DNA of 58,513 nucleotides, filler included, from Sphacelaria rigidula (GCA_964200075.2; 8 parts of 8 records of this genome joined end to end with filler, not necessarily neighbours in it), one strand, 5' to 3'; shown: positions 36,329 through 49,600, counted from the first letter of the whole stretch. The notes: generated by a model from the sequence alone, not told the origin. Translations and numbers: made by a program.

Positions 36329-38349
36329 ATTCGCCTTATTGGGTGTCGAGCATTAAAAAGAGAATGAGAACCCAGAAAAACGGCAACATTCATCCATTCG
36401 TCGACTGATGTCTTCTAGGAGTACTTCCCCGAGCTAGTCGAGGGGTGGCTAGAGTGGAAGCTCTTCGCCGTCTACTCATAATCATGCATGCCATAGTCAC
36501 AAGAACATTTACTTCGCATCCCTACAAAGACGGGANNNNNNNNNNNNNNNNNNNNNNNNNNNNNNNNNNNNNNNNNNNNTTAATTAATTAANNNNNNNNN
36601 NNNNNNNNNNNNNNNNNNNNNNNNNNNNNNNNNNNCAAAAGGGGTGGGTGGCCTATAGTTAAACGAATAAGCACCCCAAAAAAAAATTCCCCCCCCCCCC
36701 CCCCCCAAAAAAAAAGCCCAAAAGTGTCACGAAAAAAAATGTTCATACAGCGCCTGATGATCTTTGGGTTCAGGCTGCATGAAGCGCCTTATATTGGCGA
36801 CATTGGCGAGAATGAACCCAAGCGTGAGAATTCCCAGCCGCTGGTTGTGCTCGGCTTCTTCCATTTCGATTTACGTGAAGGTTTTGCCTCCCCAAACCAG
36901 ACACCTCGGACGGGAACATGAATGAATGCTATCCCGTTGACGGGGCATATGTGAAGGCTTGACGGACAACCCATCGCAATCAGACGTGAACCTGAGGATC
37001 GCATTGCCCTGCGAACCAAAGGCATACAAGTCGCTTTATAGCTTCTCCCATCAGCTAAACACGATGATGTGCGTGATCTTCCTCAAACATGTTGAGAATT
37101 AAGTGAGATATGATGATGTTATTGCGTGAGACACTCGCACGGTACACGCACACGAACGGTCAGCGACGGCACGTTTCAGGTTGTGATTTCACACGCATGC
37201 GACCGCCTCTCCTCCATCTTTGGACGGATTTCCACCGTATAAAGGCCTTCATGAGCTAATAGTAGTTCTGTAAGTTCTATATGCTTCCCATACCGGTACC
37301 CGATAGTCAAGTGAGATCTATACGAAGTGTTCACCCTCACAGTATATGAATCAGGATTCGAAAGGCACATGCGTACATATGTCGCAGTGCATGTACCGCG
37401 CAGATTCTGGGGATCATATATACATATATATATATAATCAAAAAGAGTCTAATATAGAAAATGAGGTTGAACATTAACGTGGGGTTAACTTCGAAACAGT
37501 GCTTTCCCCGAGCCGAAGTCACGATAAATGGCCTCGTATGGACGACGTCATACCCCTCGACCCCCCTGAGACTATTCTTGAGTGTTTCCGGTCGTTCATT
37601 CCTCCAAAAGAATGTATGTGCGCAAAAGCGCCTTTTTGCTTCAATTTCGGGGTGACATAACAAGGGACGCGTTTCAGCCCGAAAATGGTGCTTGAGCACG
37701 TCCGTGCCCCTTGCAATCTCACGTACAGCCTCCTGATCACTTAATCCAAAAGAGAAGGTCGCATATACGCTGTATTATTGAGCTCATGACCTCGGACCCA
37801 ATGTATGTGCTGGCCGTAGCTCACACTAGAAGGAATGTAATGCGTAGTACTTACTCTACACGTTTCTAAAATCTGAAACGTGCTGGCATGATCTCAGATT
37901 TCTACACATCACGTGTATCCTTTCCGACGTCAGCTGGTACTACCAGCACATTGGGGCTTGGGGGCCGGTATGATGCGCCCAGGAAAAATTATGTGCGAGA
38001 GGTCTGGAATTAACAAATGGGAATATATTTTGTGAAGTTGACAAATTGGGGTATATTTTGTGGAACTCACGCATGGGAGTATAATTTTGGAATTGACAAT
38101 TTGGGGGTGGGGTATATTTTCGCCAGCGCTCCACTGTCAGGTCACCGATGAAGGGATGATTCCACAGTCAAAATCCCGGCAGAATTCACAGTAAAACGGT
38201 CCACAGTTTGAACGTTCAAAAATTTGTTCCGGGATTTTGTCTGCTGACGGTGCCGCGAGTTTTCTGGCGGATGGTTTTGGTAGGCGTAGGCGGACGCTGG
38301 AAGGGCATGATCAGCGCTCGGAACAGCTTTTTAAATAGCAAACGAGGGT

Positions 38350-38853
38350 TTTGTCGGTTGAAAGTTCCCCTAGCTTGCCTTGTCGCGCATTATTGCTCCA
38401 GTGTCTGACGCCATATGTATCTCGTTCTGCACATTCGAATCGGCTCTCACCAGGTGAGGGACACCGCTTTCATCGGATTCCCTCAGCTTTCGAGAACATG
38501 ATGCCGGAAGTATTTCAAGCCCTAGGAAAATTAGTAAGGAGCCGGGAGTTCCCCACCTATGAAATTTCCCACTTCATACATCTGTGAAACGTTTCCACAA
38601 CATAATTTCTTTTCCAAAGCACCAACGACGGCACTTTACTTCTCATGAAAATACTCCCTCTATTATCAATTGAAGACACGTTCGAAAAAAACAGGAACAA
38701 TTTTGTATGACACGCGAGGGAAGCCGACGAAAAATCCTCCTCTCACCTGGTGAGAGTCGCTTCGAGTGTACGAAAGGAGACGCATACAACGTGAGAGAAC
38801 GGAGCAGCAGCAAAACGCGACAAGGCAAGCTAGGGAAACGTTCAACAGACAAA
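38350..38853. mobile_element. Fold-back element with ~110-bp inverted arms; one arm is also present at about 7725-7870
   Basis: CCCTAGCTTGCCTTGTCGCG...CTCTCACCAGGTGAG versus CTCACCTGGTGAGAG...CGCGACAAGGCAAGCTAGGG. Confidence 0.7.
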
Positions 38854-39539
38854 TATAAATTCTCAATTGGTTGTTTTTGGAATTCTTTTCCGGGGGAAAT
38901 GTGAAGTTTCGGAAGGGGGGTTCAGCTTCATTCGAAAATTCAACTTCTTTTTCCAAGATTTCGTGTTGTTTCTTGAAAAAGAAAGTCGAGGTCGAAATTT
39001 TCATCAACACTCGAGGCTGTTACGATTGATCGCCTACGGCATGCACGGGTACCGCGCGCAGTGCCGACAGCGGTAGGGATTAGAACGCCACTCCGAGTAT
39101 AACTGTTGCCAGCGCAGATCCGTGAACGTTTTACTGCGACGCTTCCTGTTACTTGACCAATCGATCGACACTAACGCCCCTGTTGCCATGCTCAACGATG
39201 CTCAACGATGCTCAACGATGCTCAACGGAGGAAAATGCCTGGTGTTTACGCGCTCATGCGTCATGGTGCTGTGTTTACAAACATCCACCTACACGCACAG
39301 TCACGTGCACAGCCAGCACAACCATCACTGCCGTTCAGCCGTACTAAAACGGCAAAATGCTGCTGGCCACGACCTATGCACGACTTACTATCTATCACGC
39401 ATGGCATATTCGTGGCGATGGTCTTTTCTATTCGGGCGTTTTCTCTTCAAATACACCTATTCTTGAGCCCCCCCGTCCCCCCCGTCCCCCCCACTCCCGC
39501 CCCCCCCACCCCCACCCCCGACTCTCACTCCCAGTAAAA

Positions 39540-40610
39540 TCAATGTGCACTATTATTTGTACGCTTTGGGTCGAACAATCCTTGTGGGACACAGCTCACC
39601 CTTCATGCATGTCGCGTAAAACATCATGGCGAGTGCGAGGTCGATGGTCTTATGACAACAACATGAAGAATCATGAGTACACCTACCCCCCCCCCGTTTT
39701 CCCCCGCAGTACCCCTTCTCGAAGGCGATACGTGGTCAAAGGTGAAACGACTAAGGAAAACAACAAATTATTACGCCCCCCCTCCCCTGGCCCGGCGAGA
39801 ACCCGGCGTGCTCCGTCCCGGCTTTGTAGGGGCGGACCCCCGATGTGCTTGGCGTCGGCTGGCGAGGACCCTGTAAAACTCGCCACTCACTGCGTAAGCT
39901 AGGCTACCAGGTTACCGATTTTTTTGCGCGCTCGCGTTTTTTTTGCGGTAACCATGATGGTAGTCGAGCTAGATCATGTTGTGCGTAGTGGGATAACCTC
40001 AACTCCGCACAATGGAGATGATCGAACAACGTAGTGTTTACATGGTGAGACACCAATGAGGTAGTGTAAAAGCCGTGGCTGTCTCTGGAGGTGGCGATAC
40101 CAGAAAATCAAGCAACTCATTGTAGGCTGTCATCGAAATGCAAGATAATCAGTAGGCTTCGTGCCGAACAATCTCAGCAGGATGCAGCTCACCCTTCATG
40201 CGACTCGCCGAAATACTACGGCGCTTCGCGCTTGGTGATTGGTTGCGAACCTGGTTCGGGGAAAACCCGGCGTGCTCCGGCCCGGCTTTGTAGGGATGCG
40301 AGGTCAATGATCTTATGACTATAGCATGCATGATCATGAGTACCCCCCCCCTGCGCGCGCGCCCAGTAATCCAAATGCAAGATAATCAGTACGATTTGGG
40401 CAGAACAACCTCAGCAGAATACAGCTCACACTTCGTGTAACTCGCCGAACACATCGCGGCGCTAAGCGCTTGGCTCTTGCTTGCGAGCCTGATCCAGCGA
40501 AAATCAGACGTGATCCGTCCCGGATCTGCCGGGATGCAGAGTCAATGGTCATATGATTGCGGCATGCAAGGTCATGAGTACTCCCCCTCCCCTCCCCTCC
40601 CTTCCCCCCC
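39540..40610 (+). repeat. Cluster of diverged copies of a poly-C-punctuated repeat family (also 41325-41395, and 36470-36535 on -)
   Basis: Recurring CGGCGTGCTCCG.CCCGGCTTTGTAGGG and GCATG..NNTCATGAGTAC-poly-C blocks. Confidence 0.7.
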
Positions 40611-40652
40611 TCAGTTGAAGTCTGTCGCCCAGTCGAAGGTCGAGGCGCCCAA

Positions 40653-43341
40653 ATGTCTAATGATTTTGTTCCGAAACGTACTGACAAGACGGCAGTTGCA
40701 GTTCCGTGTTCCAGGTGTCAAGTTTCGTCCGTACGCCCTCTTTGTTGTCTCCGAACCGTCGAACGTCAGGCATCCCAGACATCGGAGCTCGCGGAACTCT
40801 TCCGCAAGGCCTTCGTGGAGTTCAACAAGTCTTTGACTACCAACGCGCATATTCATGTCGTACGCGAAGAGTTCGGAGATCCCGCTCTGTCGGCTACCTT
40901 CACGACCAGGCAAGGCGTTCCCTGTATTTGCGCCCTCCACTATTGCATGTTGTACTGCTTGCTATACTGTTCCTACGCTATTTCATGCTGTGGAACACAT
41001 TGATGTGCTGTGTCTGATCATCGTAGCACGTGGTATCACGCCAAGCCTCTGTGAGGTCTGTACTAAACTTACCTGTACTGCACTGTACTGTACTTGCGAT
41101 AGCTTGTGCATTCGTGCATTATTTTCCCGTATCACTGGTACACGCGAAGCTGCTGTCTGCGCGGCTATGCATGCACTCTGGCAAGCGACATGGCTACGCA
41201 CTGAAGCACCAAGAAGATCTGCGTTTTGTCGCCGACCCCCCCTCTTCAGGTCAAGTTGTTTATGAAGTCAACTCCACGAGTGCCCCTCTCCTTGTCCCTC
41301 CCCTCCCCCCACATCCCCTGTAGCGCCTGGCCCGGGGGAAACACGGCGTGCTCTGTCCCGGCTTTGTAGGGATGCGAGGTAAATGGTCATATGACGGACC
41401 AACGCTACGATGGGGGTGCACTTTTAGTGCAAAATATTGTCTAGTTCAGGGGCTCCTGACAATTCTAGATGCATAAGGATGTGGGTCAGGGCATCCCGGT
41501 TTGCAAATCCATCCGGGATATCCCTAGCCCATTGGAACAGTAATCCTGACGTACTTTCACATATTTCATAACTCATGTTTTGGATGAGATAAAGGACTTT
41601 TAACAATTCTAACCTCAGAAAATATTCGTGCACCCCTACCGTAGCATCACACAACGAGGGCATGCAAGGTCATGGAACACGCCACACCCCTTGTAGACCT
41701 CAATCCAACTGATATCCTACTTGCATGTTGGATGTCATACAGTATCGTGAAGGGCAGTGAAGGTTTTGCCGTGTTAGATGGGAAGGACGGCAAGATCATC
41801 GGCGCCACTTTCGTGGATGTGAATGCCAAAGGACCAAACAAGGTCGCCGCTCTTGGTCCCGTCGCGTCCATTACTGGGGGCTGCGGGCGAAAAACGTTCG
41901 AAGCCGCCTGTCAGCATGCGGAGAGCCTTGGCTTTAAAACATTGGTGAGTGTACAATGGCGGGGCGAGATCCCGACACAACTTGACTGTAGATACCTCGT
42001 AGCCGGCTGCTTTTCTCCGCCTTAAGGCACCGGCTGCCCCGGTGGCTCAGTTGATAAACTCGAATCCTTTTGACGGTTGGGTCGTGGGTTCGAATCTCGG
42101 CGAGTCACATGATCTAGGATTTTTCTCGCACAATACCCAACAGTGGAGAGCGACTATGTCGTGGGTACACAAAATTCGACTTCACAGTCGACGAGGAAAA
42201 GGAAGTGCTGAACCCTTCTCGCGACGAAAAGTGAGGCAATCACCGCAGGAGGAAGGTGGAGAACTAAAATATAAGAAAAAGAGAAAAAAATTCTTGTGTC
42301 GGCCTTCCTCCCTGTGTGACCGCGGCTGGTGCGCCCACATATACCGAGAGGTGTAATCTGGCGTCGAGGATAGATGGGATGACAGCGCAACACGAAACTC
42401 TCCAGCGAATTTGTGGGTAAGGATCAATCAGTTGGCTTGCGGCATCGCAGCAACAAGGCACTGCTGCAGCAATTTTACGTGGTAGGCCTCGGCTAACCTG
42501 CGGCGCGAATCGGCGCGTAGGTCCGTATGTTTCACGCATAGAGGATCGATCTTGCCTGTGCTTCCACCCGCCCCTCAGGTTCTGTCTCCTTCCTAGCAAA
42601 TGGACGAAGTACCCTCACTGTCCCAACGCGTTGGAATGGACCGGTTAGCTCCTCACTGCGATGTTCCTCCTTACCCCCCTATAATGTACCCTTATAATGT
42701 TTCGCTTATGTGGATGTCGCAGGTGCTGCAGCAAGTAGCGGCCAACACCAGGTCGTTTTCGCTCTACGCCAAGGTCGGATTCGAAGTGAGGGTCTCCAGA
42801 TATCTGTATCCGTTTCCCGCCACTGTCGTCGATCTCGATCTCGTCGCTGTGCCCATTTTCGAATTCTAGTATTTGTACAGCTAGCCACTCTGAGTCGTGC
42901 GTGGTGCGACAGTATGAACTGTATTTATGTATCTTAACTCTGCAGTAAATGGGATAGCGCTCAACCTAGCCCTCAACGGCCAATCCATACTCTCCATATC
43001 CAAGCTAAAACCCGACAACGAACCGCCAGGGTCAAGAGCACATCCCTACTTCCCCCTCACCCCCTCACCCCCTCTCCGCTTCCTCGGGACTCAATTGCGG
43101 CTCAACGTTTATCGGGCTTTCAAATTCAGGCGAAGCACGCATGCCACTACTTCGGTGGGTTTATTTATTCGGACAGCGGCAACGGTGGGGTCAGCAACGG
43201 CGCATCTTGTACTGTTTCGACAATGGCCGAGAAAGACGTGGACGAGTGTGGCGTCCTGTATGCCCAGGCGCACGGCGACACTTTATGGGATCGTCGTCAT
43301 TCAATTGCCGGCGCCTTGGCAGAAGAGTCGCCCTTTCCAAT
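40653..43341 (+). CDS. GNAT-family N-acetyltransferase, tandem-domain type, multi-exon (40653 or 40770-40909, 41743-41944, 42723-42785, 43130-~43341; both ends uncertain)
   Basis: The spliced product reads ELAELFRKAFVEFN...TTS|IVKGSEGFAVLDGKDGKIIGATFVD...LGPVASITGGCGRKTFEAACQHAESLGFKTL|VLQQVAANTRSFSLYAKVGFE|AKHACHYF...TMAEKDVDECGVLYAQAHG. It has a GNAT motif A-like GCGRK and motif B N..S..LY.K.GF. Exon phases are consistent. Confidence 0.85.
41408..41641. mobile_element. Tc1/mariner-type MITE in a GNAT intron
   Basis: TIR CGATGGGGGTGCAC / GTGCACCCCTACCG, flanked by TA on both sides. Confidence 0.7.
42028..42392 (+). mobile_element. tRNA-derived SINE family 1, near full length, in a GNAT intron
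   Basis: A box TGGCTCAGTTG and B box GGTTCGAATC. Body and tail fragments recur at 19526-19617 (+), 20874-20970 (-), 28503-28571 (-) and 53777-53957 (+). Confidence 0.8.
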
Positions 43342-43998
43342 GTACGTCGTGCGGCCTTGCCACTTTGGTGCCCGCTCGAACAATAAAGAGTTAAACAAAT
43401 ATTGCCTCCAACAGTCCACTATGGGTTTTATCGTGAGCTTTTTCGAGTACACGGGTGATGTAAAAGCGGACAAATGACGTCGAGCTGCATCGCGTTGTAC
43501 TGTTGTGTCGTGTCGTGTTGACCCGCACTGAATAGCAGAAGTCGTCGTTAACCAGGTTATCAAGTCGAGATCAAAAGTGTTCTCCAAAGTGATGCCGCGG
43601 TAGCCTCCCCTTCAAACCAGCCCCAAAGCTTTCACGATGAAAATGGCCATATACCCCTATGATATCTGGTTTTAGACTGCATGAAGCGCCTCATATGGGC
43701 GACATTGATTGGCGAAAACAATCCCAAGCGTGGGAGTCCTCAGCTGCTCGGTATGCTCGACCTTTGTCGTTTTGATTCACACGTAGATATTGCCTTAACT
43801 CTGCTATTTTTCGAGGGGGAGGCGGGGGGGGGGGGGGGTATACGGTTTTTTTTTTATTTTGNNNNNNNNNNNNNNNNNNNNNNNNNNNNNNNNNNNNNNN
43901 NNNNNTTAATTAATTAANNNNNNNNNNNNNNNNNNNNNNNNNNNNNNNNNNNNNNNNNNNNATAGCACCGACAGTGTGACGGAGGGGGGCGGGGGGGG

Positions 43999-44032
<34 letters not shown>

Positions 44033-44288
44033 CGGGGGGGGGGCAACACAACGGACGACGTACTTGGATGTCGTGCTGCATAGTTCCGCACTTCCTATTT
44101 GTGTTGACTTCCACACTTCGATAATTATCTGACGAGTATTACAGAAGTTTCGGAACCTTTCCTGCTTGCAGGCACACTTTGTGAAACCCGAGAAGCAGAA
44201 AACGCCCGCAGTGGAAGTACGCGAGACGAAAAATCGAAACACCTTCGCGAATAGAGGGTCGATGCCTCACACCGACGCTTCTGCGTAC

Positions 44289-46681
44289 CTCGTCTTGTGC
44301 GTCCTCAGGAAGACCGTAAACTTGCACAGCATAATCGGCCGGAGTGACATTTTCGCAGTCCGCTCGCTCCTCGAGGATGGCTATGTCTTTGATCAACCTC
44401 CAGTAAATCAGCAGTAACACGAAGCAGCAAAGCATATCGCAGACCTGCCAGGGCGTTTTCGATGAAGCCAAGTAACGACAGGAGCACCATCAACAACGCC
44501 GCCGCCGCCGACGACGACGACTAGAATGATGACGACGATGTCGACTACAACCAGAGGGGTTGGAGTGGCCAGTGTTTTTTCCGGGGTTGGTAAGGAGCAT
44601 GGCAAGCTCGAACCAGCGCTCGCATCGTGTGAGAGTGCAGCTTCTGTTTGGAGGGTCTCGTTTGTCGCCAACCGTGAACCGACCCTCTCAAAAATCCGAT
44701 TTTCGATAGACTGAGGGTTGACTACCTTCGCCGAACTCTCCGATCAATATTGAGGACGTTGGGGTCCGTAGTCTGTTTTCAAATAGGAATCGAGAGGCAA
44801 GACGCAAAACTCCACACGATTGGAAGTAGGACCCCCTATCTACTGAGCGAACACGATGATGCGGGGGTTTTTTTTCACAGACCACATCGTTTTTAATATC
44901 CTCACAGAAGGAAAAGATAACACAAACAAAAAACAAAAACAAAAACACGTCGCCATCTCTTCAACAGTTGTATCGAAAACGGGCACATCATGACTACCCA
45001 CCATTATCAAGTAGGACCCCTCTTTCGCAGTAAGGACGACCTCCGGGCTGTGGAAAAATTTCATAAAGTGGTCGTCGCAAGTCGCCTCGCTGGAAAACAG
45101 CGTCTCTACAGTTGAGTTCCCCCCTCCAGGGCAGGGATGAAACCCCGTAGAGGAAGAGTCCGTTATGTTAACCTCTCTGAATGCAATGCGCGGGCGCGAT
45201 GTTGAGGCGTGGGCAGCGGTCACATCGACGGTAGCGTGCATTGTGTTCTGTCGGCGGTACCCCGGTCGATCGGTTCATGGACGTCACTGTGCGTTTGTTC
45301 GGCACCGACAAGTAGAGAACCTGTGCACAACTTACATTGCTTAGGTACCAAGCACTGGGAGGACGATTCTTGCCAACGAAGCAGTGATGATTGAGATACG
45401 CTATACATTCCGTGGAAGCGAAGAATAGACAACACTCATAAGGTTGACGGGAAGGCCCGGTTGATTTTTGGACGTTTCACCAGCGGACTTGCAAAAACCC
45501 ACGGTTTATTCGCAGTACAATGACGCAGGGAAGGAACGAAAAACTCCGAGCACTCTTAAATGAAGGCATGAAGGGGAGGGAACTGAGAACTCCCAGCACC
45601 ATCGAAGAAGGCATAAAAATCTTGAGCACGTCTGACAAAAGTCTTACATACTGGGACAGATACCTGTCGGGCGTTAGCTTGCCTGTGGTTTCCAGCAGTG
45701 AATACCAGCAGTCTCAACGGATCGAGTTCCGCTCGAGTGAGACTCCTCCCAAAGAAGCATATCAGCAAGTGCGGGAGAGTTAAAGCAGTAGAAAAAATGG
45801 CAAACCACAACATCCGACGGACGTAGACGAAGTACAAGCCCACTCCTGTTTTGACCAGCATGCAAAAGAGAAGATAAAGGAGCGGGTTATCGGGTACCCA
45901 GCAAAAAGGGGTCGGTAGAAGGTGAGGGGAGAGCAGCTATGAGGTGGGGGCAATCGTACGTAGAGGGGCAGGCGGTCGTATGAGGTAGTGGCGCAGTAAA
46001 AGCAGTGTTGGGGTAGTCAGTCATTATGCCGCCGTCTCTTTCGTCATGACCGCTGCTTACGTAGCGAACGGTCTAGAATGAAGAACGAGCAACAAAAATG
46101 CAAAGCCTCGAACACTCGTAGCATATACGACCAACCTTTAAAAAATATGTACTGAAAAGCGTGCCTATTTTCGTATGGACGTCGCAGCTAACGAGACGGG
46201 ACAGCACAGCACACCGCAGTTAACCGGTCCAGCTCCCCATCGATCTGTCTCCCAAACAGCATTTGTGGGAGCGAACTCGAGGAGATATCCTGTGTCAGGG
46301 AGGTTGTGCAGGCTGCTGTTGTGCTTCGGGTCAGCTTGGAGACAACGCTGGTTTTGTTTGTAACAACGTCACTCTAGAATTAAGAACATCACGTTCAACA
46401 GCGGAAATTATGAAGAAGATTATTTCATACGTAGGGAAGAAGGACGACGGGACAACAAGTGGCGACGGACCCCCCCCTCCACCCCCCCCGAGCCTGATGA
46501 TCGCACACAGGCGATAGCACTCAATACCCACCACAACCATAGTGCAGTATCGCATACCGAACACTGTTGTCAGTTTGTGACAGACCTTCTCCCATTTGGA
46601 ACAAGCTCATGTCGAACGTCTCCCATACCCGGCCTCGCCCCCCGAGGTACATCGTCGCCTCACGGTACTCCCGTGCACACT
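44289..46681 (-). CDS. TMC/OSCA(TMEM63)-like multi-pass channel, 5' exons only (46681-46586, 45845-45683, 45176-45002, 44444-44289)
   Basis: The spliced product reads FDMSLFQMGE|GVGLYFVYVRRMLWFAIFSTALTLPHLLICFFG...FTAGNHR|EVNIT...YLIM|VCDMLCCFVLLLIYWRL...ADCENVTPADYAVQVYGLPEDAQDE. It has a TMC-like G.GV.LYF motif, TM helices and an OSCA-like DY.V.V.GLP motif. Phases are consistent. Confidence 0.8.
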
Positions 46682-49600
46682 CTGTCGACCATCACAAAGA
46701 ATTGAGCGGGAGATGTAGCATCGTTCGGTCGATCGCCCAACCCAGTCCATGAGTTGGTGCGGCACCATACTTGTAATCATGATTGAATCCACCATGCTAA
46801 TAAGTTGTCATCTTTAACACGAGCGAGGAGCGATCCAACACAAAAGATAAAATGAAGGTGAGTGCAAACCGAGCGACGCCAGAGCCGGATGAGAAACACC
46901 TTCGATCAGAACGCAACTCGTCAGACTGATGAAGCACAACAAATAGAGTCCCAGTGCTTTTCGAAGACTTTCTTCGAAGGTCGCGACGTGGAAATGGAAA
47001 AGACCGGATATACGTGCGCGTGCTGAGACTCAACGTTGGGAAGTTGCCTTTAACGCTTAATCCCGAAAAATATCGAATTCCCTTGGAAACACAGGAAAAT
47101 AGTACTTCAAAGATACTACACTGCCTCTCACGGAAACTTACACTGTCATACCGTTGAATCACATACACCAGCGCGAATCGACCGACATGTTGAAATACGG
47201 TGAAAGTGGTACGTTTTTCATCTCAACCTCTGCTCTACTGATTTTTTTCTCTGTTCTCCCTTGTATTTTCTATTTCTAAGCCGTTGTATTGTTTTGTGTC
47301 TCACCCCTGCATAACTGGAGGGTGAAATCTCCTCCCCAAAGAGAACCGTTCAAATACGGTCGAGTCGCACTCTGCTTCCACGTCAATGCCTTCTCTATGA
47401 CCTCCCTCCCTGAAGCCGTGGAAGGGGTCGATCGGGGGTTTCTCCGGACCGGTACTAGATCTTTGCCAGGCATATTATTCTGCTTCTTCCACTAGTTTAC
47501 ACCCTTACTTATTTCCTATTCTCTCTTTCCCCTCCTTTGTTCTCCTCTCGAGTCCTTTTTTCCCTTCGTCCCCCCTGTCTCGAGTTTCCCTCAGCAAATA
47601 TGTTGATTTAGCCGCCTCGAATGCCTATATATCCAGTCACCACGGCTGAATTTGTAGTAGATCAGTTAGTGTGCGACAATCGATCAATCTATACATCGAC
47701 AAAAACAGGCGAATGCGTCTCGGCTTCTATTCTCCGTGACACACGCCAACCCGACACTTGCTGCTTCTGTAGCAACAAGGTACCCGAAGCAACAATTCGC
47801 TGCTACCGTTCACTAACTAGAAGAGAACCCAAACGTCCTGAAAATACCTAAAACATAATAATGTATCTCTTGAAAGGATATCTACGTCATACAGTAGTAG
47901 AAATCCACATCTCGCGGCACCTCTCGTGGCCGGAGCGGTTATACCCGAACACAAAACTCGTAGTCTTATTTGTTCAGCGCAATACTGACTGATGCTATCT
48001 GCTGCATAACATATCAACGCGCCACCTCGGTGATCCAAATTACACTGCTTTTACCTCGCAACGTGAATTTTTCAAACTATTAATGGGCAACACCTTGCTA
48101 CGGCAATTCCCTCCACTCTAGTTTTATGAGCTGTTTACTTGAACACCAATTAGTGCTAATGAAGAATTTTCTTCCCTTCCCTTCCCTTCATTTCTCTTTT
48201 TTGTTTTTGTTTTCTTGTCTTTTCTATTTTGCTCTTAATTCCTTTGTCATCTCCTTTCTTCTCCACATCTTCCTTTTCTCGAGTTTCCTGGAGCGAGTCT
48301 TTTCGTTCTTTCCTTGGACACGTCTATCTTGTGATAACGGGTGTAGTCGTAGCGGATCACTTAATGTGTGACAATCAGTTGACCGATCGATCGAATGGGG
48401 GGGGGGGGGGGGGGCACGTAGGGAATACGTACGCTTTGTACGCGCATGTTCGCGAAACGAGTTGCGTAGATATCCCATCCTGACTTGTCTTCTCGTAAAA
48501 CAGGTATTGAACGAAGTCTCTTCGGCATTGTACTGGCTGGGTCGAAGTACTCAGCGTTGCTGTAATGTGCTGCAGCAGCATGATACTCGGTATAAGGTTG
48601 TGCTCGGGGATAACAGATGACTTCACAACTCAAGAGTCAAAAGAAGAACCACGCTCCAGAATCGTTTCGACGACCTGTTTTCATGTCATAGATATGTTGC
48701 ACGGGCGGAATACGCGCTGGTCAGGCATACCGCTCCATGCTGTGTTGATTGAGCATGACCGCCCAGCATCTTTCTCAGCAATCGTCGTGATAAAGTCCTA
48801 CGGTTTGAAGATTAGCTTCTGCTTGGTTTTCACCCATGAATCCTCTCATTTGTTGTTCATATCCTCCTTGACGGCATTGCAGCCGTACCAGTCGACCTCG
48901 GAGTCCTCAAGCTCTTGGATCTAGTCCGGGTTGTTCCTTTCCTAAGTGATGACCATATAACCATAATATTCGTGATATTGATCGTCCGCCCGGATTCATG
49001 CAGGTGATAGCTATTTCCACCAGCGGAGGCGTTCGTTGACCGCTCCGAATGTGGATACCGATGTATTTTCCCGGAGTGTGCTTCCAGGCTGGTTCAGCGC
49101 CACGTGCGGTGTTCCCTTCAGGGCGCCTGATTCATCTCTAACGGGAAGTAAATCGACGATTGCCGAAGCGCTCGACGATATCACACCCAGATTTTGATGA
49201 CCCTGCCGTTTCTTGTCCATCGCGGGTATCAAGTTAGTGTGTGCTGGCCCACCACATACGCGTCTGCTTTTGGTAATGACTCCATCCATTTCGCCGTTTT
49301 CGTAGCGTTGACCCTGGCTATTTGCCCGTGAGTCTTAGGAGAAGGCTCGACCTCGGGCGCCTGGCTCGGTTAAATTTCCGCAGATAAAGGTGCGCATATC
49401 TCACGTATCTATCCGGGATCTTTAGGCGAAGGCGTTATCTCACGCCCCTGGCTCGCGTTGCCGACCGATGATGGCGTGTTGTCATGGAGCGTCTGTTCGT
49501 GGTAATCAGACATTCCTGTCTCCGTCACGTGATGGGGCTGTTTGGACAGTCCGCACAGTGTTTTGCGTCAACCTATCTGTCGTTGGTCCGGCGCTGGAGA

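Noticed and set aside
42035-42110. tRNA gene (also 29320-29400 and 34293-34365)
   Set aside because: A and B boxes are present, but acceptor and anticodon stems do not pair well and each head continues into a shared repeat body. These are SINE heads.
40653-46681. Convergent GNAT plus channel gene cluster
   Set aside because: The genes are on different contigs separated by an artificial linker.
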